Of a stretch of DNA of 64,000 nucleotides, positions 57,664 to 64,000 are shown piece after piece (the first letter of the stretch is position 1; every line of letters starts with the position of its first letter). This DNA is from Nannocystales bacterium (GTDB lineage Bacteria; Myxococcota_A; Polyangia; Nannocystales; Nannocystaceae). The translations under genes and the position numbers were made by a program. Under the pieces are notes generated by a model that was not told the DNA's origin, did no database searches, and was given only the letters and a program-made list of their open reading frames with translations. Where the stretch lies: assembly GCA_050633305.1 (NCBI GenBank), contig JBOEGF010000002.1, positions 185,624 through 249,623 of the forward strand. Reading direction: 5' to 3'.

Positions 57664-59253
57664 CTACAGGTCGGGGAACAGTGGCACGTCGCCCGCGCTG
57701 CTCGGGGTCTCGTCGTCGCCAATGGTTGTCGTGTTGCTGTACCCAAGACGCCCGTCTGCGCCTTGCCCCCAGCAGCGGACGGCACCGGACACCATCAATG
57801 CGCAGGTGTGGGCTGCTCCCGCCGCCAGCAGTGCGACGGGCCCCCCGACGTCAACATTTCCCGCGGAGTACGGGGTCTCATCATCGCCGACCGTCTCCGT
57901 GTTGCCGTAGCCGAGCTGCCCTTCACCACCGTGGCCCCAGCACCGAACCGAGCCAGCCGAGATCAGCGCACAGGTGTGGTTTGAGCCCGCGACGACCTGC
58001 GTCACCGTTTCGCCGATCATGTCTTCGGCGACCATGACCGCCCCCACCGGTGTCTCGTCGTCGCCGATCACATCGGAGGAGAGGTAGCCCAAGCCGCCGC
58101 CGGGGACAGTCCCCCAGCACCAGACCTGACCGGTGTCCGCGGTCAGGATGCACGTGTGGTCGCCGCCTGCAACGATAGCGTCGGCGCTCGGAACGTTCAC
58201 CTCACCCACGCTGCTTGGATCCTCGGTGTCTCCAATCCAGTCAGGGAGGCCATAGCCGAGCGCTCCTTCCGAACCGTAGCCCCAGCAACGGACAGCACCG
58301 GTGCTGAGCCGCGCGCAGGTGTGCCGCTCGCCGGCAGCGAGCTCTACGACGTCCCCCGGTACGTCGACGAACCCCGCAGCGGTCACGAGTTCGTCGTCAC
58401 CGATCGTGTCGTAGTTGCCATAGCCCAGCGCCCCGAAGTCGGAGTCTCCCCAACATGCAACCTCTCCGTCGTCGAAGGCCGCGCAGGCATGTTGGAACCC
58501 AGCCGCAACTGCGACGACAGCACCCGCCGGCAAGCTGTTGTCGCCGACGGTACTGGGCAGCTCGTCGTCCCCGACGTCGAGAATGTCGCCATAGCCAAGC
58601 TGACCTCGGTTGTTGCGTCCCCAGCACCGCACTGTGTCATCGGCACCCAGCCCGCACGTGAAGTCCGAACCGGCCGCGACCGTGGCGACGCCGATACCGA
58701 CGCCCGCGGCCGCCACGTCGGCAGGGGCCTCGTCGTCGCCCACAGCATCAACGGTGCCCAGCCCCAGCGCCCCCGCATCGTTGGCCCCCCAACAACGAAC
58801 AACGCCCGTGTCCAACGTCGCGCAGGTGTGCCGGAGTCCGGCGGACAATCCGACCACCACCGATTCGGTGCAGTCGTTGTCACAGCCGTTGCCGTCGTCC
58901 GCATCCCCGTCATCGCACTCTTCGTCGAGGTCGACGACCCCGTCCCCACAGCCCACGAACTCCCCTGAAGACGAGCCGGAACCTTCGCCGGCCGTGCTCG
59001 ACCCGGACGGGCCCTCCTCGCCCCGGGTCGCGCCCGTACTCGTACCCGTACCCAGCGTATCGGCCCCCGTTGACACGCTGCCCGACACCCCCTCGCTGCT
59101 TCCACCATGTTGCCCGCCCGTACCGGTCGGAGAACCCGTGCCCGGCAACCCGGTGCTCGACTCTGAGTCGTGAGCGGTTCCCGTGTCGCTCGTATCCGAG
59201 TCCACACATGCTGTCGAAACGAGAAGAACCAATCCCAAGAATCGCCTTGCCAT
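57664..59253 (-). CDS. RCC1-repeat lipoprotein with Myxococcus Cys-rich (DUF4215-like) repeat
   Basis: STAC lipobox, linker, CGDG..D..EECDDG...DG.GC..DC and six AG..(H/F)(T/A)C...G.V.CWG....G.LG repeats. Confidence 0.92.
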   Translation of the reverse strand: MARRFLGLVLLVSTACVDSDTSDTGTAHDSESSTGLPGTGSPTGTGGQHGGSSEGVSGSVSTGADTLGTGTSTGATRGEEGPSGSSTAGEGSGSSSGEFVGCGDGVVDLDEECDDGDADDGNGCDNDCTESVVVGLSAGLRHTCATLDTGVVRCWGANDAGALGLGTVDAVGDDEAPADVAAAGVGIGVATVAAGSDFTCGLGADDTVRCWGRNNRGQLGYGDILDVGDDELPSTVGDNSLPAGAVVAVAAGFQHACAAFDDGEVACWGDSDFGALGYGNYDTIGDDELVTAAGFVDVPGDVVELAAGERHTCARLSTGAVRCWGYGSEGALGYGLPDWIGDTEDPSSVGEVNVPSADAIVAGGDHTCILTADTGQVWCWGTVPGGGLGYLSSDVIGDDETPVGAVMVAEDMIGETVTQVVAGSNHTCALISAGSVRCWGHGGEGQLGYGNTETVGDDETPYSAGNVDVGGPVALLAAGAAHTCALMVSGAVRCWGQGADGRLGYSNTTTIGDDETPSSAGDVPLFPDL

Positions 59254-59546
59254 CGCGTGGCCGACGGCAGCGCCGATCCTTCTATTCACCCCAAGCCCAA
59301 ACCTGGAGAGACAGGCGCAGTTTCAATGTTTGCGGTACGTAGAACTGCGTACGCGTGGGCACAATCTCGCGGTCACAGCGAGGGGGGCAAGCACGGTTTT
59401 GGTGTCGCCCGAACGCCCTGAGAGACCCCGGTTCCGCAACCTCAGCGGCGCGTCGGCACGCTGTGATCGCGAGCGCCTCGTCGCATTTTTCGGCTTCCCC
59501 ATTTCGTTCTACTCAACCGCGAGTCGAGCGTTTAGGATGCGCGACC

Positions 59547-59680
59547 ATCGGAAGGGTTGGCGTCAACGCCCCGAAGTCCCCGGTCACCAAGGGCTCCAAC
59601 GGTATCGCGATGGCGACCGTACCCAACGTCTGCAAGATGCCGGGACCCCCGCTCCGTTCGTGCCGGCCCCACAGCCCAAC
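59547..59680 (+). pseudogene. PAAR-like DUF4150 gene remnant
   Basis: VGVNAPKSPVTKGSNGIAMATVPNVCKMPGP, then a 1-nt loss in the C-run, then PAPFVPAPQPN. Truncated, with no valid start codon. Confidence 0.75.
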
Positions 59681-59779
59681 GCATCCGGTGGTCGGTGTCT
59701 GCTTCTGTGTTCTTCGGCCTCAGGGCGACGTTCAGCGGTCCTGCTCGGCCCCTACGGGGCGACGGGCGCAACCCACCCA

Positions 59780-60078
59780 TGCCCTCAGACCGTGGTCATC
59801 ACAGTCGCCGATCCCGACGCGCCGTCCGGGTCGTGACCGTGCCCGGCGATTTCTTCGCCTCAGCCTCCCGACCCATCGCGTCGTTCAACGTCATGGCGGG
59901 GCGGGAGGGGCAGTGACGACGCGACGAAGTCGCGCGCATCGAGGCCCAAGACGGAGTCCACGATCTGTGGGGTGCGGCCCCCTTCTGCGTCAGCGTCGTG
60001 GGCTTCGACCACGCCGACAGCTACGTCTACCCGGGCGGGATGGGGACCGCCGTCATCAACCCGAACCCCGAGGGCTGA
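59780..60078 (+). pseudogene. C-terminal remnant of an IgGFc-binding-domain protein
   Basis: Fragments GDFFASASRPI..FN.M.G and VARI..QDGVH.L.G..PF.VSVVGFD..DSYVYPGG.GT..INP.PEG*, broken by stops and frameshifts. Confidence 0.55.
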
Positions 60079-60151
60079 CGGTCCGGCGCGCGGAAGTGCC
60101 CCACATGTTGATGCAGCGCCTGGACCGGACCTTTCGTATTCTTACGCCCGG

Positions 60152-60589
60152 ATGCGGGACGGGCTGACGGTCATCGAACACGGCGACGCACGGGTTGCAC
60201 TCTCCACCGATCGCCTTCCGATCCTCGTCGCAACGTGGTCCGGCTCGCTCACTCCAACGCTTGTCGACCGATACTTCGACGCCCACTACGAGACACTGCG
60301 TGCGATCGACGACTCGGGGCGGCGTTGCGTACTCCTGACGATGGGCCTCGCCGCAGCACGCCCGAGCCCCATCGTTCGGCGTCGAATCGTGGAACGCATG
60401 GGTGACGACCGTGAACTGCTCGAGCGTGTGCTCGCATGCAACGCAGTCGTCGTCGAGAGCACGATCGTCCGCGGAGCGATGATCGCGATGTCGTGGGTGG
60501 ATGACAGCCTGCGTGTGCCCATGTTCGCGACCGAGGACGAGGCGTTCGCATGGGCGCACGAGCAGTGCCTTCAGTTCGACCTATGCTGA
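60152..60589 (+). CDS. STAS/SEC14-like small protein (myxobacterial type)
   Basis: PILV.TW.G, P.P.VRR, V..S.IVRGAM.A.SW and F.T..EA.AW; resembles 14125..14532. Confidence 0.65.
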   Translation: MRDGLTVIEHGDARVALSTDRLPILVATWSGSLTPTLVDRYFDAHYETLRAIDDSGRRCVLLTMGLAAARPSPIVRRRIVERMGDDRELLERVLACNAVVVESTIVRGAMIAMSWVDDSLRVPMFATEDEAFAWAHEQCLQFDLC

Positions 60590-60629
60590 TGCCCGCGGGT
60601 CCGTCAGCGACCACGAGCGCGAGTCCAGA

Positions 60630-61736
60630 CTAACGCCGTGCGGGACGACCATCGATGCGAGTACGGGACTCGCTCCTGACGAGGTCTCGTACCCCGTCCG
60701 AGGCGAGGAAGTCAGAGGGAAAACCCAGTGGCACAGCGCTCGCGGCATCGAGACGTTCGACCTGAGAATCGTCCAGCGCGACCTCGGTGGCGCCGAGCGT
60801 GTCTTGGATCTGCTCGACTTTCCGGGCGCCGACGATCGGGATGTAACCGTAGCCCTTCGAGCGAACCCACGCCAACGCAACCTTGGCCGAGCTCACGCCC
60901 AGTTCGTCCGCAACCGTGTCGACCACTCGTGCGACCTCCAGCGACTTCTCATTTGTGCGGCCTCGCGCCTCGTTGCTTTGCGCGCGCATCGAGTCGTTGT
61001 TGCCGCCGCGGGTGTACTTGCCTGTGAGCACGCCGGCGCCCAGGGGTCCCCAGCCGAGAACAGACAGCCCGTAATGCTCAGCCATGGGCAGGAGCTCTCG
61101 CTCTGGAGTGCGTTGCAGCAGGCTGTACTCGATCTGAAGCCCGACGAAGCTGGACCATCCACGGAGCTCAGCCGTGGCGTTGGCCGCCGACACGACCCAG
61201 GCGGGCGTATCGCTAATGCCGACGTACAGGACCTTGCCCGAACGAACCAGGTCATCCAGACCGCGAAGTGTCTCGCTCATGGGCGTGTAGTCGTCCCACG
61301 CGTGCACCCAAAGCAGGTCGATGGAGTCGGTCCCGAGGCGACGCAGGCTGTCTTCGACTGAACGCACCATGTTCTTGCGGTGGTTGCCTGCCGTGTTGGG
61401 GTCGGTGTGGTCCATCGCGAGGGTGTACTTGGTGGCCACCACCATTCGATCGCGCTTGGTCTTCAGCCAGCTGCCCACAATCTCCTCGGTCTCGCCGCCA
61501 TGGTATTTGTTCGCGGTGTCGAGGAAGTTTCCACCCGCTTCGGCATAGGCATCGAGCACCGCGTGGCTGGTGGCCTCATCGGCACCGAAGCCCCACTGCT
61601 GGCCGAAGCTCATGGTGCCCAGGCAGATCTCGGAGACGCGGAGCCCCGAAGGGCCGAGAAGTCGATAGCGCAACACGTCGGCAGGGTTGCTCGTGGACTC
61701 TTGGCCGGCAACCCGGATGATCGGGGGGCCAGACAC
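60630..61736 (-). CDS. Aldo/keto reductase
   Basis: LG.SGLRVS.ICLGTM.FG, GGNF.DTAN.Y, ATKY, SL.RL.TD.IDL.W.H, Q.EYSL..R and PI.GAR...Q. Confidence 0.95.
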   Translation of the reverse strand: MSGPPIIRVAGQESTSNPADVLRYRLLGPSGLRVSEICLGTMSFGQQWGFGADEATSHAVLDAYAEAGGNFLDTANKYHGGETEEIVGSWLKTKRDRMVVATKYTLAMDHTDPNTAGNHRKNMVRSVEDSLRRLGTDSIDLLWVHAWDDYTPMSETLRGLDDLVRSGKVLYVGISDTPAWVVSAANATAELRGWSSFVGLQIEYSLLQRTPERELLPMAEHYGLSVLGWGPLGAGVLTGKYTRGGNNDSMRAQSNEARGRTNEKSLEVARVVDTVADELGVSSAKVALAWVRSKGYGYIPIVGARKVEQIQDTLGATEVALDDSQVERLDAASAVPLGFPSDFLASDGVRDLVRSESRTRIDGRPARR

Positions 61737-61898
61737 GTCCGGTCGGCGAGGGCCGCCAGCGCATCGTCGCTCAGTCGGGTTTGCTTGGGGTTGATCCCCT
61801 GGGGTTCACCCCGCCCTGCAGTCGCGCCCGTTCCGGACTCCACGGTCGGAGTGGACGCACTCCCGCAAGATCGAGAAGAAGACGCTACCCTCGGGCGC

Positions 61899-64000
61899 GT
61901 GACGCAGAAGATCCACACCTGCACTCTCTGTGAAGCAGCCTGCGGGATTCTGGTCACGGTCGACCAGGGACGCGTCACCCGGGTCGAGGGCGACCCCGAC
62001 GACCCGCTCAGCCGTGGTCACATCTGCCCGAAAGCAGCGGCTCTGGCCGACCTCCAGCACGACCCCGATCGGCTGACGCACCCTGTGCGGCGGACGGCGG
62101 ACGGCTGGGAGCGGGTCTCGTGGGACGACGCGATGCAAGAGGTCGCCACGCGGTTGCACGAGATCCAGCGTGAGCACAGCCCAGACGCCGTCGCGACATA
62201 CCTGGGCAACCCGAACGTGCACAACCTCGGCTCCATGCTCTACATGCCCGGCCTGCTGCGAGCGCTGCGGAGTCGTCGTCGATACAGCGCGACGTCGGTC
62301 GATCAGCTCCCGCACATGCTGGCCGCGTTGCAGATGTTCGGGCACCCACTGCTGATGCCCGTCCCGGACGTGGACCGTTGCGACTTTCTGCTGATGTTCG
62401 GCGCGAACCCGGCCGTGTCCAACGGCAGCATCGCAACGGCCCCCGGGATTCGAAGGCGGCTGAAGGACGTGACGGCGCGGGGCGAGCTGCACGTGTTCGA
62501 CCCTCGACGGACGCGCACGGCCAAGCTCGCCACCGCGCACCACTTCATTCGGCCCGGAACCGATGCACTCGTCCTGCTCGCGATGCTGGCCGTCGTCTTC
62601 GAGGAACGCAGTCCCAACCTCGCGCATCTGGGTGAAGGAGCCAGGAACCTCGAGCGCTTGCGGGCTGTCGCAGCCCGCTTCACGCCGGAGCGCGTCGCCG
62701 AAACGACCGGTGTCCCGGCCCAGACGATCCGGACGCTGGCCCTGAAGCTCGCCGACACCGAACGCGCCCTCGCCTACGGGCGCATGGGTGCGTGCACGCA
62801 AGACTTCGGCGGCACCACGGGCATGCTGCTGGTCGCACTCAACGCGGTGACCGGCCACCTCGACACGGTCGGCGGCATGATGTTCACCCAGCCGGCCATC
62901 GACGCCATTCATACACCGACGGGCAAGCCGGGGCGGGCGAAGGCGAGGTTTGGGCGTTGGACGAGCCGGGTCCGCGAGCTCCCGGAGTGCAACGGCGAGC
63001 TTCCTGTCGCCACCTTGGCCGAGGACATCCTCGAGCCCGGCGACGACCGAATCCGTGCCCTCGTGCTCTGGGCCGGCAACCCGGTGCTTTCGTGTCCCAA
63101 CGGCACCAAGCTCGACCAAGCCTTCGATGCCCTCGACTTCTGCGTGTCCGTCGACCTCTACATCAACGAGTCGAACCGGCACGCCGACCTCATTCTGCCG
63201 GTTGTGCCTCCGCTGTCACGACCCCACTACGACACCGCGTTCGCCCTCCTGTCGGTGCGCAACTTCGCCAAGTTCGTCGACGCCGCACTCCCCGTTGAAG
63301 GCGAAGAGCGCCACGACTGGGAGGTCGCGGTCGAGCTGCAACAGAGGCTCGAGGCGCTGGGCGGGGTTTCCCGTTCACGGCGGTTGGCGACTCGCGCCAG
63401 CGGGGCCCTCGGTCCCCAGGGAACCTTGGCGGCGGCGTTGCGCGTGGGTCCCCGGGGCCTGCAGACCGGACTCGGGGGCCTCTCCCTTCGCAAGCTGAAA
63501 CACCATCCCCACGGGCTCGACCTCGGACCGCTCGAGCCATGCCTGCGCCAACGCATGCCCACCGACTGGCCGGGCGTCGACCTGTGCCCGGACGTCTACA
63601 CCGAAGGGCTCGACCGACTCGAAGACGCGGTCGACTCCCCTGCGCCTCCACTCGTATTGATCGGGCGAAGGCAACTCGCCAGCAACAACAGCTGGCTGCA
63701 CAACACCAAGCGACTGACCAAGGGCCCGTCCGGATGCACCGCCTTGATGCACCCCGACGATGCGAGTACCGCAGGCATCTCCGACGGGGACACCATCGAG
63801 GTGCGTTCTGCCGTGGGCACCGTCTGTGCCCCCGCGAAACTCACCGACGAGATCATGCGCGGCGTCATCAGCCTCCCTCACGGCTATGGCCACAGCCGCG
63901 ACGGAGTGGGGTGGCAACACGCCGCCGCGAACCCGGGCTGCAGCATCAACGACCTGACCGACGACGCACGGGTCGATGTCGTCTCCGGAAATGCGGCGTT
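61899..64000 (+). CDS. Molybdopterin-dependent oxidoreductase (DMSO reductase family); 3' end runs off the window
   Basis: Absent from the ORF track; translated from GTG 61899. CTLCEAACG...SRGHICPK [4Fe-4S] motif, GANPAVSNGS, GNPVLS.PNG, D.YINE....AD.ILP, NNSWLHN and MHPDDA. Confidence 0.94.
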   Translation, partial: MTQKIHTCTLCEAACGILVTVDQGRVTRVEGDPDDPLSRGHICPKAAALADLQHDPDRLTHPVRRTADGWERVSWDDAMQEVATRLHEIQREHSPDAVATYLGNPNVHNLGSMLYMPGLLRALRSRRRYSATSVDQLPHMLAALQMFGHPLLMPVPDVDRCDFLLMFGANPAVSNGSIATAPGIRRRLKDVTARGELHVFDPRRTRTAKLATAHHFIRPGTDALVLLAMLAVVFEERSPNLAHLGEGARNLERLRAVAARFTPERVAETTGVPAQTIRTLALKLADTERALAYGRMGACTQDFGGTTGMLLVALNAVTGHLDTVGGMMFTQPAIDAIHTPTGKPGRAKARFGRWTSRVRELPECNGELPVATLAEDILEPGDDRIRALVLWAGNPVLSCPNGTKLDQAFDALDFCVSVDLYINESNRHADLILPVVPPLSRPHYDTAFALLSVRNFAKFVDAALPVEGEERHDWEVAVELQQRLEALGGVSRSRRLATRASGALGPQGTLAAALRVGPRGLQTGLGGLSLRKLKHHPHGLDLGPLEPCLRQRMPTDWPGVDLCPDVYTEGLDRLEDAVDSPAPPLVLIGRRQLASNNSWLHNTKRLTKGPSGCTALMHPDDASTAGISDGDTIEVRSAVGTVCAPAKLTDEIMRGVISLPHGYGHSRDGVGWQHAAANPGCSINDLTDDARVDVVSGNAA

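Overview
High-GC bacterial window, most likely from a marine myxobacterium (Nannocystaceae, Plesiocystis/Enhygromyxa-like). This placement is inferred from a haloalkane dehalogenase very similar to Plesiocystis DppA, eukaryotic-like Ser/Thr kinases, RCC1/Cys-rich proteins and many lipoproteins with long Ser/Thr/Gly/Asp linkers. The left end holds a partial Tat-lipoprotein sulfatase, the Hen1-Pnkp RNA-repair operon, an Rpn/YhgA-family nuclease and tRNA-Ser(TGA). The middle is a patchwork of signalling, redox and secreted-protein genes: a MetOD1/PAS-kinase module, two diheme cytochromes, an ECF sigma factor with a SnoaL partner, and a desaturase-P450-membrane protein-sulfotransferase operon. The best candidate for a new system is at 51.9-53.6 kb. 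There, a 65-aa peptide with a double-glycine RiPP-type leader sits directly upstream of a JmjC/ribosomal-oxygenase-like 2OG-Fe(II) enzyme, with a perfect stem-loop between them and a G14 homopolymer upstream. The 56-60 kb region is a decay zone with several pseudogenes, including PAAR-like DUF4150 and IgGFc-binding remnants. No CRISPR array, rRNA or intact integrase/IS transposase was seen. All calls are by-eye motif recognition; no searches were run.
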